In this document: piece by piece, positions 29,826 to 41,045 of the stretch
Layout of the letters: each line of letters starts with the position of its first letter
Position numbering within the stretch: the first letter of the stretch is position 1
Assembly (NCBI GenBank): GCA_009914755.4
Contig: CP086569.2
Span: 8,608,001 to 8,672,000, forward strand
Source of the DNA: the human T2T-CHM13v2.0 reference genome, Homo sapiens
Direction: 5' to 3'
Length of the DNA: 64,000 nt
Translations under genes and position numbers: made by a program
Notes under the pieces: generated by a model
Told to the model about the DNA's origin: nothing
Databases searched by the model: none
The model's input: the letters and a program-made list of their open reading frames with translations, nothing else

Positions 29826-31080
29826 CAGATTGGAAACATTCAGGCATCAACAGGCTTACCCTTGAAATATATCCTTAGCCATTGGGACCAATTTGACCCA
29901 CAAAACCTGAAAAAGAGGCAGCTCATTTTTCTCTGCACTATGGCCTGGCCCCAATATTCTTCTTTTCATTGAAGTAGAATACACAATTATGCAAAGCTTG
30001 TAATTTACATCCCACAGGAGGACCTTTCAGCTTACTCCCATATACTAGCCTCCCTATGGCTCCCCTTCCTATTAATGATAAGCTTCCTCTAATCTCCTCT
30101 GCTCAGAAGGAAATAAGCAAAGAAATCTCCAAAGGACTACAAAAATCCCCAGACTATTAGTTATGTCCTCTTCAAGCTGTAGGGGGAGGGGAATTTGGCC
30201 CAACCCAAGTACATGTCCCCTTCTCCATCTCTGATTTAAATCAGATAAAGGAAGACCTGGGGAAGTTTTTGGAAGTTTCAAATAGGTACATAGATGTCCT
30301 ACAGGGTCTAGGGCAAACCTTTGATCTTGCTTTCAGAGATGTCATGCTATTGTTAGATCAATCCCTGGCCTTCAATGAAAAGAATGCAGCTTACCTGCAG
30401 CCCGAGAGTTTGGAGATACCTGGTATCTTAGTCAAGTAAATGATAGAATGACAGCGGGGGAAAGGGACAAATCTTCTACTGGTCAGTAAGCCATCCCCAG
30501 TATGGATCCCCACTGAGGCCTTGACTCAGATCATGGGGACTGCGGTCATAAACATCTGTTAACCTGTGTTCTAAAAGGATTAAGGAGAATTAGGAAAAAG
30601 ACCATGCATTATTCAATGATGTCCACCATAACTCAGAGAAAGGAAGAAAATCAGTCTGCCTTCCTTGAGTGGCTATGGGAGGCCTTAAGAAAATATTCTC
30701 CCCTGTTACCTGAATTACTCAAGGGTCAATTGATTCTAAGAGATAAATTTATTACCCAATCAGACCCAGATATCAGTAGAAAGCTCCGAAAGCAAGCCTG
30801 GGCCTGGAGCAAAATCTGGAGGCATTATTAAACCTGGTTCCTCGATGTTTTATAATAGGGGCCAAGAGGAACAGGCCCAAAAGGAAAAGCAAGATCAGAG
30901 AAAGGCCACAGCCTTAGTCATGGCCCTCGGAGAGACAAACTTTTGTGGTTCAGAGAGGACAGAAAATGCAGCAGGCCAGTCAGCTGGTAGGGCTTGTTAT
31001 CAGTGTGGTTTACAAGGACACTTTATAAAAGGTTCTCCAATGAGAAACAAGCCACCCCCTTTTCCATGTCTGCTATGCTG
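29826..31080 (+). pseudogene. HERV9 gag remnant (matrix, capsid, CCHC nucleocapsid), start codon mutated and frame-disrupted
   Basis: …IGNIQASTGLPLKYILSHWDQFDPQNLKKRQLIFLCTMAWPQY (ORF 29673-29972); capsid-like …LRDKFITQSDPDISRKLRKQAW (30604-30831); zinc knuckle CYQCGLQGHF (30845-31081). Confidence 0.7.
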
Positions 31081-31189
31081 AGACAATCACTGGAAGGCAC
31101 ACTGCCCTAGAGTGTAACAATTCTCTGGGCCAGAAGCCCCCAACCAGATGACCCAACAACAGGACTGAATTTGCCTCAGGCAAGCACCA

Positions 31190-31600
31190 GCTTATGTCAT
31201 CACCCTCACTGAGCCCCAGGTACATTTAACCATTGAGGACCAGGAAATTGATTTCCTCCTAGACACTGGCACAGCCTTCTCAGTGTTAATCTTCTGTCCT
31301 GGACGACTGTCATCAAGGTCCGTTACCATCCAAGGAATCCTGGGACAGCCTGTAACCAGGTATTTCTCCAATCTCCTCAGGTGTAATTGGGAGAGCTTAC
31401 TCTTTTCACATGCCCTTCTTGTTATGTCTGAAAGTCCCACACCCTTATTAGGGAAGGATATATTAGCCAAAGCTGGAGCTATTATCTGCATGACTATGGG
31501 GATCAAGTTACCCATTTGTTGTCTACTACTTGAGGAGGGAATCAACCCTGAATCCTGGGGATTGGAAGGACAATTTGGAAGCAGAAAAAAATGCTCACCC
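31190..31600 (+). pseudogene. HERV9 protease remnant
   Basis: ttcctcctagacactggcacagccttctcagtgtta encodes FLLDTGTAFSVL, a retroviral aspartic-protease DTG active site. Confidence 0.6.
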
Positions 31601-34220
31601 AGTCCAAATCAGGCTAAAAGACACCAGCACTTTTGCTTATCAAAGCAATATCCCTTAAGGCCTGAATCTCAAAAAGGATTACAGGATATTGCTAAACATT
31701 TAAAAGCTCAATCGAGCCTTAGTAAGGAAATGCAGCAGTCCCTGCAACACCCCAATTCTAGGAGTACAAGAAAATGAATGGTCATTGGAGACTAGTGCAG
31801 GATCTTAGACTCATCAAGGAGGTAGTAATCTCTCTATATCCAGTTGTACCCAAACTCTATAACCTGCTGCCTCAAATACCAGAGGAAGCAGAATAGTTCA
31901 CTGTTCTGAACTTCAAGGATGCCTTCTTCTATATTCCCCTGCACTCTGACTCCCAGCTTGTCTTTGCCTTTGAGGATAGCAGGGACCACACATCCCACCT
32001 TTTGTGGACAGTCTTGCCCCAAGTGTTTAGGTATAGCACACATCTGTTTGGTCAGGCACTGTCCCAAGATCTAGGCCACTTCTTAAATCCAGTCACTCTG
32101 GTCCTTCAATATGTGGATGATTTACTTTTGGCTACTAGTTTGGAAGCCTCATACCAGCAGGCTACTCTAGATCTCTTGAACTTTATAGCTAATCAAGAGT
32201 ACAAGGCATCTAAGTTGAAGGCCCAGCTTTGCCTACAGCAGGTCAAATATCTAGGCCTAATATTATCCAGAGGAACCAGGGCCCTCAGCAAGGAATGAAG
32301 ACAGCCTATACTGACTTATCCTCACATTGAAACATTAAAACAGTTGTGGGGGTTCCTTGGAATCACCAGCTTTTGCCAACTATGGATCCCCAGATACAGT
32401 GAGATAGCCATAACCATCTGTACTCTAAGCAAGAAGACCCAGATGGCAAATATTCATCTACTAGAGTGGGAACCAGGGGAAGAAACAGCCTTCAAAACCT
32501 TAAAGCATGCCCTAGTAAAAGCTCCAGCTTTAAGCATTCCCACAGGACAAAACTTCTCTTTATACCTCACAGAGAGAGCAGGGCTAGTCCTTACTCAGAC
32601 TCATGGGGCAACCCTACAACCAGTGGCACACCTAAGTAAGGAAATTGATGCAGTAGCAAAAGGCTGGCCTCAATGTTTAAGGGTAGTTGCAGTGGTGGCT
32701 GTCTTAGTGTCAGAGGATACCAAAATAATACAAGGAAAGGATCTCACTGTTTGGAGTACTCATGATGTAAATGGCACACTAGGTGCCAAAGGAAGTTTAT
32801 GACTATCAGACAACCACATATTTATATACAAGGCACCACTCCTTTAGGGACTGCTGCATCAAATAAGTATATGTGCAGCCCTCATTCCTGTCACTTTTCT
32901 CCCTGAGCATGAGGAACCAATCGACCACGACTGCCAACAAATTATGGTCCAGATTTATGCCACCTGAGATGATCTCTTAGAAGTCCCCTAAGCTAATCCT
33001 GACCTTACCTTATATACCAATGAAAGTTCATTTGTGGAGAATGGGATGCAAAGGGCAGGATATGCCATAGTTAGTGATGTAACTGTACTTGAAAGTAAGC
33101 CTCTTCCCCCAAGGACCAGCACCCAGTTAGCAGAACTAGTGGCACTTACCTGAGCCTTAGAACTGGGAAAAGGAAAAAGAATAAATGTGTGTACAGATAG
33201 CAAGTATCTTTATCTAATCCTACATACCCCTGCTGCAATATGGAAAGAAAGATAGTTCCTAACCTCTTGGGCAATCCCCATTAAATACCACACGTTAATT
33301 ATGGAGTTATTTCATGCAGTGCAAAACCCAAGGAGGTGACAGTCTTACACTGCCAAGGCCATCAGAAAGGTGAAGAAGAAAAGGCAGAAGGAAACCATCA
33401 GGCAGATGCTGAGGCTAAAATTGCTGCCAGGTGGAACCTCCCATTAGAAATACCTATGGAAGGACGCTTGGTATAGAACAACCCCCTGCAAGAGATTAAG
33501 CCCCAGTATTCCCCAAATGAAACAGAATGGGGACTTTCACAGGGGCATAGTTTTCTCCCTTCAGGGTGGTTAACGACAGAAGAAGGAAAGGTACTTATGT
33601 CCGAAGCCAGCCAGTGGAAAATATTTAAAACCCTCCACCAAACTTTTCATATGGGTTTTGAAAACACTCATCAAATGGCCAAATCCCTATTTACAGGGCC
33701 AAATCTCCCCCAAAACATCTGACAGGTAGTCAAATCCTATGAGGTAGGCCAAAGGAATAATCCCTTCATCCATCATAAGGCCCCTTAGGGGGAACAAAGA
33801 ATAGGTCGCTATCTTGAAGAGGACTGCAAGAAACTCATCTCCCATGGCCTACTCTTTTTCCCATGGCCTTGTTGAGATTCCAAAATTCTCCTCACAAAAC
33901 GAGATCCAGTTCATATGAAATGCTCTGTGGACAATCTTTTCTCACAAATTACCTCCTACCTGATCAGAAAATGGCCAACTTGGTCAAAGATATAACTTCT
34001 TTGGCAAAATATCAACAAAACCTTAAAAACCTACCTAAAGGATGTCACAGAGAAAAGGGAACAGAGTTGTTTCAACCAGGAAATCTTGTGTTGGTCAAAT
34101 TTCTCCTCTCTACCTCCCCAGCTATGGACTCTTTGTGGGAAGGGCCATACTTGGTAATCCTCTCTACCCCCACTGCAGTTAAGGTGGCAGCAGTGGGATC
34201 TTGGATTCACCAGACCTGAG
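31600..34220 (+). pseudogene. HERV9 pol remnant: reverse transcriptase (YVDD), RNase H, integrase (HHCC zinc finger and C-terminal domain)
   Basis: …VTLVLQYVDDLLLATS… (32002-32298); CTDSKYLYLILH (~33190); HCQGHQKGEEEKAEGNHQAD (~33340); integrase C-terminus …GNLVLVKFLLSTSPAMDSLWEGPYLVILSTPTAVKVAAVGSWIHQT (33863-34219). Confidence 0.75.
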
Positions 34221-34269
34221 TTAAATTTTGGACATCTCCTGAGAAACCTGCAGGACCATCAGCTCAGGA

Positions 34270-36325
34270 GTCCCAAGATCAGACAGACCAGCCTCGATAC
34301 ACTTGTGAACTGTTGGAGGACTTGCATGTCCTATTTTGGAAGGAAACATCCCAGACTAAAAAGCTCCTACCACTGATCCTGAGGAAAAATCCCTTCCTCC
34401 TTAAAAAAGATAAGTGAAAACCTACATAATCTTTAACACCTCTCCTTCCCCTTTAATGGAATCATTTTACTAATTTATCATATTATTAAGCAGCATATTA
34501 ACCATACTCTTTGTGATAGGACTATATACTGTAGCTCCTTATGGGATGAAAATCCTAATCACATCAACCTTCTTTCTATCTTCCTTCCCTATGACAGCAA
34601 TTTATTCCTACCTTTAACTCAGCCTAGATAAAACGATCTCATCTTCTAGAGCACCCTCTTTACCTTCCTATTTACTCTTTACCTATCTATCCTTCCTGCT
34701 TCCTTGGGTACCTCATACAATCTCTCCTCCCTTTCCACTAGCTCTTAGTTACCTCTAAAAGACTCTCAACTTAATCCACTGTCTGTTAAACCAGCCCAAT
34801 CATTCCCTGGCAAATGACTCTTGGCTTTGTATCTATCTGTCCACCTCTGTTTATGTTGCCACTCCCATTCCCACAAAAAAAACTAGGTCTTTACCAACTG
34901 AACCTACCACCCTCCTTATGAAGGAAAAGACTATTTCTGACTTCAAAATTTGCAATCATTAGCCAATTTCCCCATCTCTGATAGGACCAAGAATACCCTA
35001 ACAGGACTTGCAATCCAACTTTTACGCTCTTACATTTCCAAACTCACCTATTACCCAAGCAATGAAAAGGCCACACGGGGCTCTGTAATTATAAATACCA
35101 TCTTAGCTCTCCAAGCCCCTTTATGCGTCCAGCGCAACCTGTTATCAGGCTTGGTCCTGGGGCACCAACTACCCCATCATTGTAATTACACCCTACAACT
35201 TCAAGCCCCAACTGATCATAGTAACTTCCTAGTCACCCAAAGAGCTCCATTCAGATGGCTTGTCCACTTCTCAGCACCCTCAAATATCATCACCTCCTCC
35301 CTGCTTAACAAACAGTCCAGGTTTTGTAATGGCACACATACTCTGTGCATGACCAATCACCCCTAGACCCCCCACAGCAGTGACCCCACCACTATTGAAT
35401 GCCTTCTCATCCCCTCTTTCAGTAATTATTTATAGTAGATATAAAATGGTTTTTTCTCTAGTGGGAAAATAGAACACAGGGAGCAACTCAGTTTCTCGCA
35501 ACAGCCCTTTCCAGCCACTCACCAGAGCTACCTTGACAAGTACCCTAGGAGTATGGGAAAATGAAAACAACAAGTTCACACACGTTTTTAAGAAACTCAC
35601 ACACCTTTTTAACATACACAACAAGTTCCTTCTACCCAGCCAATGTATATTCTTCTTATGTGGAATGTCGACCTATATCTGCCTCCCCGCTAACTGGACA
35701 GTCACCTGCAACTTAGTCTTTCTAAGTCCCAACATTAACATTACCCCAGGAAATCAGACCCTATCAGTACCCCTCAAAGCTCAATTGCATCAGTGCAGAG
35801 CCATAAACTAATACCCCTACTTATAGGATTAGGAATGGCTACTGCTACAGGAACCAGAATAGCCAGTTTATTTACTGCATTATCCTAATACCACACATTC
35901 TCAAAGGATTTCTCAGACAGTTGGCAAGAAATAATGAAATCTATCCTTATTTTACAATCCCAAATCAATTCTTTGGCAGCAGTGACTCTCCAAAACCGCC
36001 AAAGCCTAGACCTCCTCACTGCTGAGAAAGGAGGACTCTGCACCTTCTTAGGGGAAGAGTGTTGTTTTCACACTAGCCAGTCAGGGATAATATGAGATGC
36101 CACCCAGTTTTTACAGGAAAAGTCTTCTGAAATCAGACAATGCATTTCAAACTCTTATACCAACTTCTGGAGTTGGGCAACATGGCTTCTCCTCTTTCTA
36201 GGTCCCATAGCAGCCATCTTGCTGTTACTCGCCTTTGGGCCCTGTATTTTTAACCTTCTTCTCAAATGCTTTTCCTCTAGAATCGAGGCCATCAAGCTAC
36301 AGATGGTCTTACAAATGGAACCCTA
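34270..36325 (+). pseudogene. HERV9 env remnant (SU plus TM with immunosuppressive-domain motif and membrane anchor)
   Basis: TM ectodomain …LQNRQSLDLLTAEKGGLCTFLGEECCFHTSQSG (~35990-36080); anchor …WLLLFLGPIAAILLLLAFGPCIFNLLLKCFSSRIEAIKLQMVLQMEP* (~36180-36325). Confidence 0.7.
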
Positions 36326-36526
36326 AATGAGTTCAACTAACAACTTCTACCGAGGACCCCTGAATCAACCCACTGACCCTTCCATTTCCTAAGAGTTCCC
36401 CTCTGGAGGACACTAGAATTGAAGGGTCCCTTCTTCACCCCTATCCAGCAGGAAGTAGCTACAGTAGTCATCGGCCAAATTCCCAACAGCAGTTGGGGTG
36501 TCCAGTTTAGAAGGGGGATTGAAAGG

Positions 36527-37213
36527 TGAAGCTAGCTGGGCTTCTGGGTCAGGTGGGGACTTGGAGAACTTTTGTATCTAGCTAAAGGATTGTACATGCA
36601 CCAATCATCACTCTGTGTTTAGTTTAAGGTTTGTAAATGCACCAATCAGTGCTCTGTGTCTAGCTAATTGGGTGGTGACTTGGAGAACTTTTCTGTATAG
36701 CTAAAGGATTGCAAATGTGCCAATCAGCACTGTATATTTAGCTAAAGATTTGTGAACACACCAATCAGCACTGTGCAAAAATGAATCAATCAGTGCTCTG
36801 TAAAATGGACCATTCAGCTCTCTGTAAATTGGACTAATCAGCAGGATGTGGGTGGGGCAAAATAAGGAAATAAAAGCAGGCCACCTGAGCCATCAGTGAC
36901 AACCAACTCAGGTCGCCTTCCACATTGTGGAAGCTCTGTTCTTTCACTCTTTGAAATAAACCTTGCTGCTGCTCACTCTTTTGGTCCATGTCGCCTTTAT
37001 GAGCTGTAACACTCACTGGCAAGTTCTGCAGCTTCACTCCTGAAGTCAGTGAGAGAATGAATCTACCAGAAGGAAGAAACACCAGACACATCCAAATATC
37101 AGAAGGAAGAAACCCTGGACACACCATCTTTAAGAACTGTAACACTCACTGCTAGAGTCTGCAGCATCATTCTTGAAGTCAGCAAGACCAAGAACCCACC
37201 AATTCCAGACACA
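36527..37213 (+). repeat. HERV9 3' LTR (LTR12 family), preceded by a purine-rich PPT (agaagggggattgaaagg)
   Basis: Collinear with the 5' LTR from tgaaaggtgaagctagctgggcttctgggtc through …ccaccaattccagacaca. Confidence 0.8.
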
Positions 37214-39920
37214 GTTCTTAGGTAGGGATACACCCTCAGGCCTGTCTCACTGACCTAGATAGGTCTGTTTTCTTACCCAAATTGGGTAGGACATGGGCTT
37301 CTGTCTTTTTGCCCAAGAGTTGCATTTGCCAAGACCACCCTGGCCTGCCACACCCCCATCTTGTGCTATAAGAAAATCTGAGACCTAGCAAGAAGGTACT
37401 CAGCAGCTGGACATCAAGAGGAACCATCAGTAGAAGAAGACACAGCAAATGGACCTTGAGAATATACCAGAGAACTGACAGCACAAGGAATGAGTCAGCA
37501 GGCCATCCACCTCAGAAAAACACGGAGTTCCGTGGGGCTGTGGGAGCAGAGCACTGAATTTCCCCATTCCAAGGGAAAACCACATTCCCATTCCATCTCC
37601 CTTCTGGCTCTCCATTCATCTACTGAGAACTTCCACTCAATGAAACCTCGCACTTTTTCTCCAAGCCCATGTGTGAGCCAATTTTTCAGGTACATCCAGG
37701 CAGGAAACCCAGGGGTGCAGAAAGCCTTCTGTCTTTGCAGTAAGGCAGGGTTTCTAATAGAGCTAATACAAGCCACCTACAGATGGATAAGCTAAATTAA
37801 CACCGTGTAACACACCCCACTGGGGATTCAGGAGCTGTAAATATTCAGCACTAGGTGCTGCCTGCAGTCAAAGCCCCACAAACTGTCCTCATTCCTTGCC
37901 CAGCTGCAGGCAATAAGGGATGCTTTGCTGTTTCAATATGAGTCTGTTTCCAATGCAGTGTCTTTTCTGCCATACTGCAGTGTGATCTCATTATATATAT
38001 TTGACAAAATAAGTTACAAATTATAACTAATGTGAGAAGAAAATAATTGTTGAAGAGTAAAGAAGAAAAATAAAACACTGTGTTTCACAATAAATGTAAA
38101 CAACTATAAGTTTGATTAATCAACATGTGAGACCAACCAGGCAGGTGCTTAACATCGTGAGGGGGCACTACTCCTTCAACTCGGGTTTCAATCTGGGACA
38201 GAGAATGTGAGCAGCTATAAGGTCAGATATGGAAGAGGATACAATCTGGTGAGGTGTGGATTGTGTCCCACACCTTCACCTGAAAAAAAAGGTGAAGACA
38301 GATGACACAGAAGTTGCCTCCAAATGCATCTCCACATTCCCTTAATTGCAAAAGCAGTCCACACCATGGCCCAGTGTTCAAGTGAGAGTTCTCCAACGTG
38401 CCATGAACGTGTGGAGTGCAAATTGGGGTTTTGCACTTTGAGAGCTTTCATACCCAGGGCCAAATGGGAGTGGGATAGATTGATGCTGGGTGGGATGTGG
38501 CCTCCACACCTGCCTCTTCATTTTCTGACTTCCATGTTCCTCATCAAATTAGGGTTTTCTTGTTCTGGCTCACTGTCTTCCACACAAAACATATCTCAGT
38601 TCACGAAGGACGACCCTCATGGGAATAGATTGCATGAGTGTTTCCTTCTAAATACTCTCACGTTGTAATGGCTGGACAGCTTTGATAGTTTTAAAACTGT
38701 AAATTCCCACACATCTGCCAACAAGGAAACTTCTTCTCCCACTTCTATTGTAAGGCGGCATGATTCCTGTAGGTTGAGAAGCAGGCTACAGTGTTGAACA
38801 TTTGCCTGGCTGTCTAGGCTCTTTTTCATTTCATCTCCATGTCCTTTCTCATTGTGGCAGGGCAGTTTCATTGGGCTGTTGATGGATGGTACTGCTTCTC
38901 ACCAAAAATCTTTTGGCTTCCAAGGATTTCAGAGAGTAAAAGGGACTTCAGATATACTGATTGAACTCCAGGTTGTGGGTCATGGTAACATTGTGGGGGC
39001 TAAGGATGTTTGCACTTTGCAGGAGGATTTTGGGTCCTCTGACAAGAATCATTGAACGTTGTTTGGGCTCCAGCACAAAGCAGCTCATTCTCTCAGGCGA
39101 GCATTGAATTTTCTTTGCTTTCCTGGTGGTTCCACATTGCTTGTCAACAGGACTGCTGGACAGCATTTTCAGGGTTGCCATCTTCACAGACGGCTCCAAA
39201 GTCACTGTCACAAGCTTATCTGCCCAAAAGCGAGGACAGATTGAGGTGAGAGAACACTTTTCAACCTTGGACTTTCCTTTGTCATGGTTCCTGCCTTTCC
39301 CAGAGAGCCCTGTGAGGCCCAGGATGAAGGGAGGCAGTGAGGTCAAGAGTCTGGCCAACTTTCACAGACACCAGCCTCTGGGGTCTTAGGTATGATTCCA
39401 TCACATAAAGAACCCTCAACAACTCACCAGACTCTATTCCAACCCCAAGGGATCTGATTCTTGCACACAGCCTCTTTCGGGAATGGAGACAGAAGAGTAG
39501 TTTCTGGCGACCACCTCACAGTCTCAAAATACCTCCTCCTCCACTGGGACCTAACTAGCGAGATAACCCGAAGGGGCAATAAGGTCAAGAGTTTTAGGGT
39601 ACCAGTAGGTTGTCACAGCCAGCCTTTTTTTCCAATACCAGGCTGGCTCTGCCTGTAACATTTTCCTCTGTTTATGCAGGCTGACAGCACTGACAGTCAG
39701 GCACCTAAGCCTGCCTCATGAATGGGCATGTGGTAATCTCAAAGCCCCAGGCCTGAGCAGGGAGCCCTTGCTAGCATCACAATGAATGCCACCATTGCCC
39801 AGTGATAAGTCCCTGTGGCTTGGTGGAGAAGTACACCCCCAGGTGGAGGTGGGTCACCAATGGAATCTCTCCTGTCTTCTCTCTGGGATCCACGGACAGT
39901 CCCATGATTCCACCAAAAGT

Positions 39921-41045
39921 TGGCAGTCATGCATTGCAGGGGACACCAACAAACTTCTACCGTGGTTGCTTTAGGGAACTCCAGACCCGACTCAGAGGTC
40001 AAAAAGCAGCCTCCATCCCCTGCCAGGCATTGGTCTCAGCCACCCTACTTTCTCAGGCACCTGACTTTGTACCCACTTATTCTAAAGAAGACAAATACTT
40101 TTTTTTCAGGCAGAAGGAGGGCAAACAGCAAAACAGGGATGGACCCAGTTACCACACAGAAGAATAGCCATTCCACAGCTGCTAAGAGTCACAGTTGTAT
40201 TGGCTGTGCATGAAACTACCCCCCTAGTTCAGGAAACACTTGAAAAGTTGTTAGGCTTGTACTTCTACATCTAATATTTGTCAGCCCTTGCCAAAATGGT
40301 GGCACAGTGATGTAATTACCTGTAGACAGCACAATGGGAAGCACAGTCCAGCTGTTCTGTCCAGCATACGAGCTAATGGAGCAGCCCCCTTTGAAGATCT
40401 CCAGGGGGACTTCACTGAAATGCCAAAGTGTGTAGGTAACATGTATTTACTAGTTCTTGTTTGTACCTACTCTGGGCTGGTAGAGGCTTATCCAACACAA
40501 ACTGAAAAAGCTCATGAAATAACCCATGTGCTTCTTTGAGATCTTATTCCTAGATTTGGACTGCCCCTATGAATTGGTTCAAACAAGTGGTCAGTGCTTG
40601 TGGCTGACCTGGTGCAGAAGACAGCAAAGGTATTTGAGATCACGTGGAAACTACATGCAGCCTACTGACCTCCATTTGCTCCAGAAAGGTGGAGCAAATG
40701 AATCAAACTATCATAAATAGCTTAGGGAAAGTTTGCCCGGAAACAGTATTGGAATGGCTAAAGGCTCTCCCTACGGTATTGTTTAAGATAAGAAGTACTG
40801 CTTCTAAAAGAATAGGATATTCCCCTTTTGAAATATTCTATCATAGGCCCCCTCCCATATTCTGGGAACTCCCAGGCTCTCTTCAACAATCAGGTGAAGT
40901 TGAGTTACAGCAACAGCTACAGGCTGTAGTAAAAATTACACAATTTCAGCCTGGGAAAATGAAAGAGGCCCTATTAGTTTTTTATCCCCAGTTCACACTT
41001 TCTCCCAAGGTGATCACATGTGGATCAAGGACCGGAAAATAGCCC
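39921..41045 (+). mobile_element. Class-I (gamma-like) ERV pol fragment (RNase H end plus integrase core and C-terminus) retained only in the first array unit. It belongs to a family distinct from the upstream HERV9.
   Basis: Integrase-core homology …GNMYLLVLVCTYSGLVEAYPTQTEKAHEITHVLL (40288-40539); …IPRFGLP…; …RIGYSPFEIFYHRPPP… (40644-41042); C-terminus …GDHMWIKDRK…TPEHVECKLRISWQT. The sequence differs from the HERV9 integrase at 33.8-34.2 kb. Confidence 0.75.

Larger units (their letters stand above)
28082..37213 (+). mobile_element. Full-length but defective HERV9 (ERV9, class I) provirus with LTR12-type LTRs, flanked by a 4-bp target-site duplication GTTC (28078-28081 and 37214-37217)
   Basis: Both LTRs start TGAGAGGTGAAGCT(G/A)GCTGGGCTTC and end …CA. 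LTR12-diagnostic tandem ~40-bp U3 repeats (ctagctaaaggattgtaaatgcaccaatcagcactctgt) are present. A PBS-like tggctaccacaaagggaa follows the 5' LTR. Internal gag, pro, pol and env homologies are listed below. All reading frames are interrupted. Confidence 0.85.
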
